Source: Candidatus Geocrenenecus huangii
Lineage (GTDB): Archaea > Thermoproteota > Nitrososphaeria_A > Caldarchaeales > Wolframiiraptoraceae
Length of the DNA: 34,899 nucleotides
NCBI GenBank assembly: GCA_023254095.1
Contig: JALNLM010000015.1
Coordinates: 1-34,899, forward strand
Direction of reading: 5' to 3'
The notes under the pieces are model-generated. The model had not been told where the DNA came from. It saw only the letters and a list, made by a program, of their open reading frames with translations, and made no database searches. The position numbers were made by a program, and so were the translations under genes. Below, in pieces: positions 8,773-18,906 of the stretch. Position 1 is the stretch's first letter. Each line of letters starts with the position of its first letter.

Positions 8773-10302
8773 GTGAAAGCTGATGCTCCGATTTTGGAAG
8801 TCAGAGGTATTACAAAGAGGTTTCCAGGAGGTGTCGTCGCCTTAGATCATGTAGACCTCGAGATAAGACCAGGCGAGATTCATGCAGTCCTAGGAGAAAA
8901 TGGAGCTGGAAAAACAACCTTGATGAATATTCTCTTCGGAGTATTACAGCCTGATGAAGGAGAGATCTATATCAACGGGAGAAGAGTTAGGTTTAGATCG
9001 CCCTTGGATGCCATGAACATGGGAATAGGGATGGTTCACCAGATCCGAAAACTAATACCTGCCCACACTGTTCTCGAGAACATAATTCTCGGTCACCCAA
9101 AGACTGAAAGTATCATAAATTTGAAGAAGGCTAGGGAAGAAGTGAAAGCACTATGTGAAAAATACGGTTTCAACATAGATCTTGATGCAAGGGTTTGGCA
9201 GCTTTCTGCTGGCGAGCAGCAAGTTGTAGAGATATTAAGAGCTCTTTACCGCGGTGCAAAAATACTCATTCTCGATGAGCCTACTACAGTTCTAACCCCG
9301 TCAGAGGTTGAATCATTCCTGAATTCTATGAAAGCTATGACTAAGGAGGAGATCGCAACTATACCGTTCGTTACTCACAAATTGCCTGAAGTATTTGCTG
9401 TATGTGATAGGATCACTGTGTTAAGAAGGGGAAAAGTAGTAAAGCGCCTTGGAACAAAGGAAGCCACGATGAAGGCTTTAGCTGAGTATATGGTTGGTAG
9501 AGAGGTCCTCTTTAAATTAGAGAAACCTAAAGTAGAGATAGGAGAAGAAATACTTAGAGTAGAAAATCTTTCAGCTTTAAGTGATAAAGGAGTCCTAGCA
9601 CTTAAGGGAGTATCCTTCTCAATAAGGGAAGGCGAGATATTTGGGATTGCTGGAATCGCAGGGAATGGCCAGCAAGAATTAGCTGAGGTTATAGCCGGTC
9701 TCCGAAAACCTCTTGGAGGAAGAATAATCTTCCAAGGGCGAGATATTACGAATGCTTCAGTCCTAGAGAGAATGAAGATGGGGATAGGATATATTCCCCC
9801 TGAGCGTCTAGGAGTTGGGGCGATCGGAAACTTCTCGCTGGTTGAAAACATATTGATGAGCATATACTTTGACCATGAATTCTCCAGTAAAGGATTCTTA
9901 AGCTATAAGAAGATCAGAGAATATGCTAAGAAAATTATCTCCGAGTTTGAAGTAGTAGCTCCAAGCATCGATACGAAGGCAGCACATCTGTCGGGAGGCA
10001 ACCTACAGAGATTGATTCTAGGCCGTGTAATCCCTAGGACCTCAAAACTTCTTATCGCAAACTCGCCTACCGTTGGACTTGATATCGCTGCAACGGAAGC
10101 TGTTAGAAATAGAATACTAAAATGTAAAGAGAGAGGCATGGGCGTACTCCTGATCTCTGAAGACTTAGATGAGGTTCTAGAATTAAGCGATAGTATTGCA
10201 CCAATCTATGAGGGGAGGTTTGTGAGGATATTGTCGGCTGTAGAAGCCAAAAAAGAAGTAGTGGGCGCAATGATGGCAGGTGCATTATCAGGAGGTGGTT
10301 AG
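8773..10302 (+). CDS. Nucleoside/sugar (CUT2, NupA/YufO-like) ABC importer ATPase with two fused NBDs
   Basis: GENGAGKTT, LSAGEQQ, LILDEPT; second degenerate NBD GIAGNGQQE, LSGGNLQ, LISEDLDE. Confidence 0.93.
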   Translation: MKADAPILEVRGITKRFPGGVVALDHVDLEIRPGEIHAVLGENGAGKTTLMNILFGVLQPDEGEIYINGRRVRFRSPLDAMNMGIGMVHQIRKLIPAHTVLENIILGHPKTESIINLKKAREEVKALCEKYGFNIDLDARVWQLSAGEQQVVEILRALYRGAKILILDEPTTVLTPSEVESFLNSMKAMTKEEIATIPFVTHKLPEVFAVCDRITVLRRGKVVKRLGTKEATMKALAEYMVGREVLFKLEKPKVEIGEEILRVENLSALSDKGVLALKGVSFSIREGEIFGIAGIAGNGQQELAEVIAGLRKPLGGRIIFQGRDITNASVLERMKMGIGYIPPERLGVGAIGNFSLVENILMSIYFDHEFSSKGFLSYKKIREYAKKIISEFEVVAPSIDTKAAHLSGGNLQRLILGRVIPRTSKLLIANSPTVGLDIAATEAVRNRILKCKERGMGVLLISEDLDEVLELSDSIAPIYEGRFVRILSAVEAKKEVVGAMMAGALSGGG

Positions 10303-11388
10303 ATGGTTTACCTACAACTTCCAAAGCTTAAACGTGAAAGATTAATAGTACTTACAGGAAAAGAAGCTGTTCTCATATCTATCTCCTCATTAATTGTAGC
10401 CTTCATCATATTCAGCGGGTTCCTAATGCTTGAAGGTGCGACGCCGACTGAAGCATACGGGCACATCTTCACTTTTGCTTTTGATCCAAAGCTAGGGCTC
10501 TCGACAACACTTCACAGAGGGTTCTTCATACTATTCTCGACTCTCGCATTTATAGTCCCAATGTCAGCAGGACTTTGGAATATTGGGATGGAAGGTCAAT
10601 TCTATCTTGGGACTATTGGAGCTTTTGCAGTCGCATATAGTCTACCCAATCTAGATCCTGCACTTCTAATTCCCTTGATGATAACTTCGGGAGCCCTCTT
10701 CGGCGCGGGATATGGAGCCCTAGCAGGCTTCCTAAGAGGAAAGCTGAATGTTAACGAAGTTGTAGCTACCTTGATGCTAAATAACATCGCTTTCTGGCTT
10801 GTTTATTTATTGACTGTTGGAGGCCCATGGGCTGGTATCGCCGAATCGACTAGTCGACCCTTACCCGCATCTGCCCGTGCGCCTATAATCTGGAATACTA
10901 CTTTTACCAGCTTTCTCGCCATAGGGATAGCCATATTACTTTACATCTTTCTTAAGTATTCATCCCTGGGGTATCAGATCCGTGTTTTGGGAAATAGCTC
11001 AGTAGCAGCTAAACACATAGGTATTAGTGCTCCCAAAATAACTATACTAGTAATGTCGATTGGTGGAGCAATAGCTGGGGCCGCGGGCTACCATATGTGG
11101 GCTGGGGACCCTGCCTTCTACATGATCCCGAGACCTGAAGCCTATAAAGCTATCGGCGACCTGACTTACTGGGGGATATTGATAGGACTAGTTTGTCTAC
11201 TTAATTCATTAGCTGCGATTCCATTCACTGTTTTCATCGGCTCGATACTAGTAGGATCCACCGTCCTAGTCAGAAGACTCCGCTTACCCTTCGGTCTTGA
11301 TGTCCTCTTCTTAGGCGTAATCTCTTTGACCTTCGTTGCATTCCAATTCTTCCATAACTATAGAATTAGAAGAATTAGGAGGGAGTGA
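10303..11388 (+). CDS. Nucleoside-type ABC importer permease 1 (BPD_transp_2)
   Basis: AGLWNIGMEGQFYLG, VNEVVATLMLN, GYQIRVLGNS; hydrophobic; directly follows the ATPase. Confidence 0.9.
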   Translation: MVYLQLPKLKRERLIVLTGKEAVLISISSLIVAFIIFSGFLMLEGATPTEAYGHIFTFAFDPKLGLSTTLHRGFFILFSTLAFIVPMSAGLWNIGMEGQFYLGTIGAFAVAYSLPNLDPALLIPLMITSGALFGAGYGALAGFLRGKLNVNEVVATLMLNNIAFWLVYLLTVGGPWAGIAESTSRPLPASARAPIIWNTTFTSFLAIGIAILLYIFLKYSSLGYQIRVLGNSSVAAKHIGISAPKITILVMSIGGAIAGAAGYHMWAGDPAFYMIPRPEAYKAIGDLTYWGILIGLVCLLNSLAAIPFTVFIGSILVGSTVLVRRLRLPFGLDVLFLGVISLTFVAFQFFHNYRIRRIRRE

Positions 11389-12272
11389 ATATCATGTGGC
11401 CATTCATTATCAGGTCTCTAGAAGTGGCTACAATCCTATTACTTGCAGCTATCGGTGAGCTATTGACTCAGAGGTCAGGAATCATTAACGTTGGTATAGA
11501 GGGGCTGATGCTTCTTGGAGCTGCCTCAGGCTTCTTAGCAGCTCTAATATGGGGCATAGTACCAGGCTACGTAGTTGGGATGATTATGGGGGCTCTCTTC
11601 GGTCTCCTACATGCTGTTCTCTCAATAACGTTAAGAGTGAACCAGGTTGTAAGCGGTATGGGAATATGGCTCTTCGCAATGGGCTTCGTAACATACTGGG
11701 CAGATAGATACTCCGGTCCACTACCTCCAGGCGTTGTCTCTTTACGGATATACGGTCTCTCACCACTTTTCTTCATTGGGATCGCCGCCGTTTTCATAAT
11801 CTGGTTCATACTGTCAAAGACTCATCTAGGATTAAAGATAAGGTCTACGGGAGAAAACCCGTTTGCAGCAGAAGTCTCTGGAGTAAAGGTCATTCGGATC
11901 CGTTATGCGTGCACGATTATCGGAGGAGCATTATCTGGTTTAGCAGGAGCATTCCTATCCTTAACATATCTAGGGACTTGGAGTCATCTCCCTACAAAGG
12001 GGTTAGGATGGATTGCATTCGCCCTCGTTATGTTCTCTCTTTGGAGACCTCAAATACTTCTAGGCGGCGCTATACTCTTTGGATTCGTATGGCAGTTCGC
12101 AATCTCCCCTGAGAGCGTATATGCTGGAATCCCAGCCCCACTCCCGATATTGAGGATGCTCCCATTCATTGTTACGATAGTACTACTGGTGATAATCTCT
12201 TCTGAAAGATTTAGAAGAAAATGGTGGCTAGCAAAACCAGAAGCACTAGGAGTACCCTATATCAAAGAATAA
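11385..12272 (+). CDS. Nucleoside-type ABC importer permease 2 (BPD_transp_2)
   Basis: RSGIINVGIEGLML, NQVVSG, RSTGENPFAA, C-terminal PEALGVPY. Confidence 0.9.
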   Translation: MNIMWPFIIRSLEVATILLLAAIGELLTQRSGIINVGIEGLMLLGAASGFLAALIWGIVPGYVVGMIMGALFGLLHAVLSITLRVNQVVSGMGIWLFAMGFVTYWADRYSGPLPPGVVSLRIYGLSPLFFIGIAAVFIIWFILSKTHLGLKIRSTGENPFAAEVSGVKVIRIRYACTIIGGALSGLAGAFLSLTYLGTWSHLPTKGLGWIAFALVMFSLWRPQILLGGAILFGFVWQFAISPESVYAGIPAPLPILRMLPFIVTIVLLVIISSERFRRKWWLAKPEALGVPYIKE

Positions 12273-12464
12273 GAACCGCCTCTCCACTATATATTATCCA
12301 TGTTTTGTACGTTATCAATGTTTTATTTGTTGTTAATATTCTTCTTTTTATTCTTTAATGATTTACTCAGGATATTATCAGATGAGCATACGAGTTTTTA
12401 GATGATTACTGGGGATAGATAAAAAATAGGAGGTATAAAAGTGTATAGATTGCTTGCTTGTAAG

Positions 12465-13877
12465 CTACTTAACTAGCACTATGCCATCTAGCTGGAAGTT
12501 GAGTTTGCCTAAGAGCCAATCGTCTGTCGGCATTACTCCTGCTGGCTTAACTACGGTACCTTTCGGTGGTACATCCAATCCTAGTTCAGGTATCGGGATG
12601 CCTTCTCCACTGCTAACTATCGCATGTTCAGAGAATGGATCATAAGCGCCGATGAGCATCTGCGTTCTTCTCCTATCGATCAGACTCAGTACGTCATCTG
12701 AGATCAAACGTCTTGCTTTCGGGCTGATTGCGTCGAGACCTATCTTGTTATTATTCTGAAGATCTACGGCTGGTAGAATAGTTTCACCTGGTACCCATGG
12801 ATTATCGCCCGGTAGAGGTATATGGTGGTTCATTCCCAAAAAGATCAATCTATCAGGATATTTTGTTCCTGCTAGATACTCTTTCAATACGTGGTAGAAT
12901 AATACTTCCCATCTTGTATCAAATGAGATCGCTACCGTATCCGTTGTTCCCCATCCATAGAGCCCAACTATGTCGGAATCTTTTCCCACGAACCATATTC
13001 CTCTTTCCTCAGCGACTTTAAGAGGTTCAACGGAGTCCGTGTAATGCGTTAAGACGTCAACGCCGAGGTCAACCAATGATTGTGATACTTCTCTCTCCTT
13101 AGGTGGATCATACCATTCTCCAACATATTTGACGTATAGAGTTGCATTTGGGTTAGCATCTTTTATACCTAGGTAGAAAGCCGCCATTCTCCTCCAATTC
13201 TGGACGCATGCTGGGCCTACTGCTATACCGATCTTATTAGTTTGCGTTATTGCTCCTGCTACTAGCCCTTCTAAGTACATTGCTTGATACTGCCTAATGA
13301 AGACTCTTAAGAAATTCCTTTGAGAGGATATATCGCTTCCGACTATTCCCAAGAAGTATACATCTGGATATTCTTGTGATACACTGTGAAAAGCAGGTAT
13401 TGCCGCCGGTTCCCAGCTACCAAAAACGATATTTGCTCCACTAACCGTTATTAAGTCTTTAGCAGAAGAGATCGGGTCTTTACCCTTTAATACAACGCCT
13501 TCATCGTAGACGTAATCAAACCATGGATAAAGCTGTTTTAATCTCTCAACAGCCTTTATTTGTCTGCCATCCCATGTTGAACCCTCGATATACCCACCTA
13601 AAACCATTCCCATAACAACTTTTAACCCCTTTACCACTTCTACCGTTTTAGTCTGTGTTACTGTTGTTGGTACGGTTACCGTTGCAGCACCTGCAGCTAC
13701 GGTTTTTGTCTCTGTTACAGTTGCTGGAGCTCCTGCCATACTGCCTGCGTAGTAGCCTCCAACACCAGCTACTACTCCAGCTATGATGACACCAGCAGCA
13801 ACTTTCCCTGCTGTTGATAAAGCTTCCCTTCGACTAAAATTTCTCGAAAATTTTCTATCTTCTTTTTCTTTAATCAT
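12465..13877 (-). CDS. BMP-family ABC substrate-binding protein with Tat signal and Thr/Val-rich linker
   Basis: SRREAL twin-arginine motif plus hydrophobic stretch; YQAMYLEGLVAGAIT.TNKIG, GEWYDPPKERE, GVDVLTHYTDS. Convergent with the matching ATPase and permeases. Confidence 0.88.
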   Translation of the reverse strand: MIKEKEDRKFSRNFSRREALSTAGKVAAGVIIAGVVAGVGGYYAGSMAGAPATVTETKTVAAGAATVTVPTTVTQTKTVEVVKGLKVVMGMVLGGYIEGSTWDGRQIKAVERLKQLYPWFDYVYDEGVVLKGKDPISSAKDLITVSGANIVFGSWEPAAIPAFHSVSQEYPDVYFLGIVGSDISSQRNFLRVFIRQYQAMYLEGLVAGAITQTNKIGIAVGPACVQNWRRMAAFYLGIKDANPNATLYVKYVGEWYDPPKEREVSQSLVDLGVDVLTHYTDSVEPLKVAEERGIWFVGKDSDIVGLYGWGTTDTVAISFDTRWEVLFYHVLKEYLAGTKYPDRLIFLGMNHHIPLPGDNPWVPGETILPAVDLQNNNKIGLDAISPKARRLISDDVLSLIDRRRTQMLIGAYDPFSEHAIVSSGEGIPIPELGLDVPPKGTVVKPAGVMPTDDWLLGKLNFQLDGIVLVK

Positions 13878-13911
13878 AGTTATATTAGGATATTTGTCTA
13901 ATATAAAGTTT

Positions 13912-13923
13912 AGCTATATATGT
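13912..13923. promoter_or_regulatory. Candidate regulator site AGCTATATATGT upstream of the BMP gene TATA box
   Basis: 10/12 match to the palindrome AGCTATATAGCT; 35 nt from the start codon. Confidence 0.4.
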
Positions 13924-14015
13924 TAAGAATCAACAAGCTTACCGATTAAGTCAGTTTTCTAAGAATGTCTGAAATGTAAATAGTTAAAATAGAGGGAAGG
14001 AGTATATTACTAGCA

Positions 14016-14918
14016 ATGCTGTTGCTCTGTCATTGTGTACTAAATGTAAACTCTAGAGCTCCTGGAATTGCTCGTTGGAGTAACATTATTAAACCTGTCT
14101 GGGATATTATTAGAGCCCGGAATCTACAGTTCATTCAACTTCCATGTCTCGAAGCAGCTTATCTTGGTTTAAGAAGATGGTGGTTCGTTAAAGAACAATA
14201 CCGTAATGCTCTCTTCAAAGATTTATGCCAGACTATTGGAGTCGGTATCTGCGAGATCTTAAAGAAGAATAATGTGAAAAAAGTTAAGTTAATTGGATTG
14301 GGAATAAGCCCAACATGCGGATATAGAGAAACTCAAAGCGACCCATCTTGGGGTGGAAAACCGAGGGAAGTCAACTTGAAAAACAATATAACCGAGGGTC
14401 CAGGAATCTTGATAGAGATATTGAGTAAAATTCTTAAAGATTATGGATTCATATACGAGGTCTACGATCTACCACCTTGTATGATATATCCCGACGAGAG
14501 AGCAGGGGTAAAAAAGTATCCGAGAAATTTTGAAGAATCCATTGAAGAAGTCTCTGAGTTCCTAGGATTTGATTACAGGTCACTTGAACTATCCGAATAC
14601 GATAAATTCATTAATTATGATATTAGGTCTGGTAGAATCTTCATTTGCCCGCATGAGGCACTTGTAGAACAACACAAGGTTGTGGACAGATATATTGAAG
14701 ATGGATATGGGTTGATATCGATTCCAAGGTCGAATACTTTGACTTTTGAGGAAAAAGAGGTTGCGAGGATATTCGCATTACAAGTTGAGAATCATCTAGA
14801 TGTAGGTCATCAAGTCATTCTCTACAGATACGAGAAATATTCTGCTCTATTCGATACGCTAGTGGAGTTCCTGAAAGACCGAAACTTATTAGAGAAAATA
14901 TCCATAATATCATTTTAG
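14016..14918 (+). CDS. TudS/DUF523-related (CD3072-like) putative [4Fe-4S] desulfidase with C-terminal extension
   Basis: CHCVLN, QLPCLE, GLRRW..KEQY and GISPTCG supply the three Cys motifs of the 2-thiouracil desulfidase family. Confidence 0.75.
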   Translation: MLLLCHCVLNVNSRAPGIARWSNIIKPVWDIIRARNLQFIQLPCLEAAYLGLRRWWFVKEQYRNALFKDLCQTIGVGICEILKKNNVKKVKLIGLGISPTCGYRETQSDPSWGGKPREVNLKNNITEGPGILIEILSKILKDYGFIYEVYDLPPCMIYPDERAGVKKYPRNFEESIEEVSEFLGFDYRSLELSEYDKFINYDIRSGRIFICPHEALVEQHKVVDRYIEDGYGLISIPRSNTLTFEEKEVARIFALQVENHLDVGHQVILYRYEKYSALFDTLVEFLKDRNLLEKISIISF

Positions 14919-15032
14919 GCCAATCATATATCAGAATTTTATGAGGCATATATTGCAATCAAATAATTAGATCTGTCATGTTATCTCGCTTAGTAATCGG
15001 ATGTAAAAATATGGAGGTTGGAAAGTTGAGGG

Positions 15033-15854
15033 TTATTTTTCGTTAGCGAATGCTACTATTCGGGCGAAGGCTGATTCGCCATCCTGGAACTTGAATGGAA
15101 ACGCTCCTATTATACATCTTCTGTTAACTACTTTGCTTATTTCTCCTCCCAAGTTCTCAGCATGTAATATCATTTGCGGGAATAGCTTAAGATGCATAAG
15201 CTGATAGTTTTGTGGCCATGGCATCAACTCATCTATTTTCTTACCCCACTTCTTTTCTGCCTCAGCTACTAAGTCGGGCCTCGCCCTTCGAATCACTGTA
15301 TTGAGTGGATGATCGGCTGACATAGCGTCTACACCGATCCATTTTATCTTTTTGTCAATACACCATTTAGCAAAGCTTTCATTGGGACCAGGATGTTTCA
15401 CCATGTATCTAACTTCATCAGGTTCGGTTCCGCACCAAGCATATTTATGATATCCCGTATGGATTATGAGTATATCTCCTCTCTTAATCTCTACACCTCC
15501 GTCTTTTGCAGCTTTCTCTATGGTTTCTGAAGTATAGATATCGTAGTCTCCAACATATGGAGAGATATCTACCACTACTCCTTCACCGACTAGATAGTCT
15601 TCTAATGGGAGACTTGCTACGTCTTTTCCACCTGTCACGAAATGCATCTGACTATCGAAATGTGTTCCGAAATGTAGCGATGTCTCTATGTACTGAGCGT
15701 TTACTCCATGTTCTCCGAGAGTCTTGATCCAGTAGACTTTCATAGGGGGATACCACATGAAAGGCGGTTGCTTCCAGCTAGTCGGCTGAGATAGGTCATA
15801 AATCCTGACTTTACTCCAATCTACTATCTTACTCCAGTCTAAGGTCATGATCAC
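15033..15854 (-). CDS. Cyclase family metal-dependent amidohydrolase (kynurenine formamidase/isatin hydrolase fold)
   Basis: HFGTHFDSQMH (HxGTHxDxPxH variant), GDILIIHTGY, IGVD..SAD, HAENL, RIVA. Confidence 0.92.
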   Translation of the reverse strand: MIMTLDWSKIVDWSKVRIYDLSQPTSWKQPPFMWYPPMKVYWIKTLGEHGVNAQYIETSLHFGTHFDSQMHFVTGGKDVASLPLEDYLVGEGVVVDISPYVGDYDIYTSETIEKAAKDGGVEIKRGDILIIHTGYHKYAWCGTEPDEVRYMVKHPGPNESFAKWCIDKKIKWIGVDAMSADHPLNTVIRRARPDLVAEAEKKWGKKIDELMPWPQNYQLMHLKLFPQMILHAENLGGEISKVVNRRCIIGAFPFKFQDGESAFARIVAFANEK

Positions 15855-16008
15855 TCACAAGGCTCATTACTCTAATATGAAATATAAATTTATTTTTTAT
15901 ACAGTAAAATATGTAAGAAAAATCAATAGTAAACATTTAAAGTATGTTGGCCGTGCTTTCTATTTAAATGATTAACGCTTATTATCCAGTGACTGGGATT
16001 ATTAGAGC

Positions 16009-16449
16009 ATGAAACTCGAAGGTAGAATACTCCTAAGATCTCATATAGAAGACGTCTGGAATTTTATATCAGAACCTACAAAAGTTATAGAGTGCGTACC
16101 AGGTGTTCAAGATTATTCAGTAGCCGAGGGAAAAAGGATAATAGCAAAAGTTAAAGTAAGCATAGGCTTCATTAAGGGAATCTTCCATGCATATAGCAAC
16201 GTCATCGAAGAAGACCATGAAAACTATAAGGCGAAATTGAGGTTGAACGGATCCGGTGCAGGAAGTGGTTTTGATGCATTGGTGGAGATAAAACTAGGTG
16301 AGTTAGGTTCCGAAACGGAGTTAGCATGGATGGCCGATGTAAGTATTTCAGGCCCTCTCGGAAGTCTCGCAAGACCAATGTTAGAAGGATATGTTAGAAA
16401 GATAGTCGACCAGCTCTTTGACTGTATTAAGCATAAGCTTGCAAATTAA
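16009..16449 (+). CDS. coxG: CoxG/SRPBCC family protein
   Basis: VWNFISEPTKVIECVPG, GSGAGS, ADVSISGPLGSLA; precedes the Mo-hydroxylase operon. Confidence 0.88.
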   Translation: MKLEGRILLRSHIEDVWNFISEPTKVIECVPGVQDYSVAEGKRIIAKVKVSIGFIKGIFHAYSNVIEEDHENYKAKLRLNGSGAGSGFDALVEIKLGELGSETELAWMADVSISGPLGSLARPMLEGYVRKIVDQLFDCIKHKLAN

Positions 16450-16509
16450 ACATTTAAGAAAGGAATTTAAATAGGCTAATAGTTTGTCATCTCGTAGGAG
16501 GCGGGAGAA

Positions 16510-18906
16510 CTGACGTTCAAATATATTGGAAAACCCATCCCACCACATGATGGTTTCTATAAAGTCACTGGAACTGCACAGTATACATTTGATATTGAGC
16601 TCCCCGGAATGTTATACGCTAAGCTAGTCACGAGCACTGTACCCCATGCTAAGATTAAGAGGATAGATTTCAGTAAGGCCTTACAAATTCCTGGAGTGGT
16701 TAAGGTGGTGACGGGTAAAGATTTTCCATACAGGGTCGGTATGTATGCAGGAGATAGAGATCTCCTAGCTATAGATAAGGTAAGATGGGTCGGTCATCCG
16801 GTTGCAGCCGTTATAGCAGAAAGCTTAGAATCAGCGGAGAAGGCCGTTGATCTCGTTGATATTGAATATGAAGAGTTGCCTGCAGTTTTCGACCCATTGG
16901 AGGCTCTTAAACATGATGCGCCTTTAATCCATGAGAAGATGGAAGAATACCGGCATTCACCCGCTTTTAAGCCCATACCTGGAACAAATATCGCAAATAA
17001 ATTCACTCTTGTTAAAGGTGATGTAGAGAGAGGGTTCCGAGAAGCAGATGTAATTATTGAAGAGCAATTTTACATACCTCACGTAAGTCACTGCTATATG
17101 GAGGTCCAGAACGTCGTAGCACACTATCATCTAGATGGGACTGTCGAGATCTGGACAAGCTGGCAGAATGTTGCACCTATTAGGCAGATTATGGCATTAT
17201 CACTTGGAATTCCTCATAACAAGATCATTGTAAGAATCCCATATGTTGGAGGAGGATTCGGAGGTAAGGCTGGACTTGGATGGGAAGCTCTAGTGGCCGT
17301 ACTTTCTAAAGAAGCTGGGTTCCGCCCTGTAAAACTTGTCTTATCAAGGAGAGAACAGTTCACCGTAGCTGCGGTCAGAGAAGGATTCTATGGATTTGCA
17401 AAAGCAGGATTCAAAAAGGATGGCAAATTTATTGCGTATGATGTTAAATTCATTCTGGATGCTGGAGCTTATGCAGACTATACTGTCAATGTGGGTAGAG
17501 CCGTCGGCTACTCTGCAGATGGTAGTTATGATATACCCAACATTAGAGTAGAATCTCTCACAGTATATACGAATAAGATTCCTACAACTGCTTTGAGAGG
17601 TTTCGGTTATCCTGAAAGTCATTGGGTTCTTGAACAGATAATGGATAGAGCTGCCGAGAAGATTGGGTTAGACCCTGCAGAGATCAGGAGGATCAACTTG
17701 GTCAAGCCAGGTATCTCTGAAACATGTACTGGTGAAAGGCTTAGAGAGGATGCTGGAAACCCTGAGAAAGTACTCCAGACCCTGCTAGAGGAGATTGAAT
17801 GGAATGTTCCACCTGAAAAACCAGGAGAGCCTTGGAAGATAAGATCTAAAGGTTTAGCATTATTCGTTAAAGGTCCAGCGCAGCCTCCGAACGCTGCGGC
17901 ATCAGCTATCTTGAAGTTTAATGAAGATGCAAGTGTGGATCTCTTGATCGCTACAGGAAACTTCGGGCAAGGAACTATAACCGGTTTAATACAGATTGTA
18001 GCGGAAGAATTCGGGCTACCGCTGGAAAAGATTAGAGTAGACTATATTAGAGATACTCATAAATCGGCTTACACTTGGCAAACGGTGGGAAGTAGGGGTT
18101 TATTCACTGACGGGATAGCTATATTGAGAGCGATAGAAGATGCTAAGAAGCAGATATTTAGAGTTGCCTCAGAAGTACTAAGATGCCCTGAGGATCATTT
18201 AGAACTCGTTAATGGGGAAGTGAGGGTTAAGGGTAAACCTTGGGAGAAGATACCTCTTCAAGACATAGTTATGGGATATACGTACCCAAACGGTAACTCG
18301 ATCGGAGGACCAGTAATCGGTAGGGGGGTATTCATGTCTACTCATACAACGTATCTGGACCCTGAGACTGGTCAAGGAAACCCGACGATCTTCCATACAT
18401 TTGGAGGTGCAGCAGTTGATGTAGAGATAGACTTGCTTACGGGAGAGATTAAGGTCTTGAAGATTGTTCAAGTACTAGATTTGGGGAGAGTGATAAACCC
18501 ATTATTGGTTAAGCAACAAGTAAATGGCGGTTCCTTAATGGGCTTGAGTATAGGGTCATACGAACAGATAAAATTCGATGAAAGAGGATGGGTTGTAAAC
18601 CCGAATTTTACGAACTACTATCTAATCAGAATTAAAGATATTCCTAAGGAGGTTGTTTGGAAAGCAGTCGAGACAGCTCAGTCTGATGGACCATACGGTG
18701 CGAGAGGTGTAGGTGAACTAACAATGATAGGTATAGCTCCAGCAATAGCTAACGCAATCTACAGAGCCACCAAGGTGAAGATAAACCAGCTCCCGATGAA
18801 CCCAGAAAACCTGTGGAAGGCGTTCAAAGAACAGAGACCCGACCTATTCGATGAAGCTTTGAAGATGTTTATAGAATCTAAGAAATTAGTAGAGGTGAGA
18901 GCATGA
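16510..18906 (+). CDS. Xanthine-dehydrogenase-family molybdenum hydroxylase, large (Mo) subunit 1; probable CTG start (first ATG at 16609)
   Basis: YIGK...KVTGTAQYTFD..LPGML N-terminus, VGGGFGGK, ALRGFG, GQGT, TVGSR, GARGVGE. Confidence 0.93.
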   Translation: MTFKYIGKPIPPHDGFYKVTGTAQYTFDIELPGMLYAKLVTSTVPHAKIKRIDFSKALQIPGVVKVVTGKDFPYRVGMYAGDRDLLAIDKVRWVGHPVAAVIAESLESAEKAVDLVDIEYEELPAVFDPLEALKHDAPLIHEKMEEYRHSPAFKPIPGTNIANKFTLVKGDVERGFREADVIIEEQFYIPHVSHCYMEVQNVVAHYHLDGTVEIWTSWQNVAPIRQIMALSLGIPHNKIIVRIPYVGGGFGGKAGLGWEALVAVLSKEAGFRPVKLVLSRREQFTVAAVREGFYGFAKAGFKKDGKFIAYDVKFILDAGAYADYTVNVGRAVGYSADGSYDIPNIRVESLTVYTNKIPTTALRGFGYPESHWVLEQIMDRAAEKIGLDPAEIRRINLVKPGISETCTGERLREDAGNPEKVLQTLLEEIEWNVPPEKPGEPWKIRSKGLALFVKGPAQPPNAAASAILKFNEDASVDLLIATGNFGQGTITGLIQIVAEEFGLPLEKIRVDYIRDTHKSAYTWQTVGSRGLFTDGIAILRAIEDAKKQIFRVASEVLRCPEDHLELVNGEVRVKGKPWEKIPLQDIVMGYTYPNGNSIGGPVIGRGVFMSTHTTYLDPETGQGNPTIFHTFGGAAVDVEIDLLTGEIKVLKIVQVLDLGRVINPLLVKQQVNGGSLMGLSIGSYEQIKFDERGWVVNPNFTNYYLIRIKDIPKEVVWKAVETAQSDGPYGARGVGELTMIGIAPAIANAIYRATKVKINQLPMNPENLWKAFKEQRPDLFDEALKMFIESKKLVEVRA

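Noticed and set aside
13640-13730. Low-complexity repeats in the BMP gene
   Set aside because: They encode an ordinary Thr/Val-rich linker of archaeal surface binding proteins, not a DNA repeat element.
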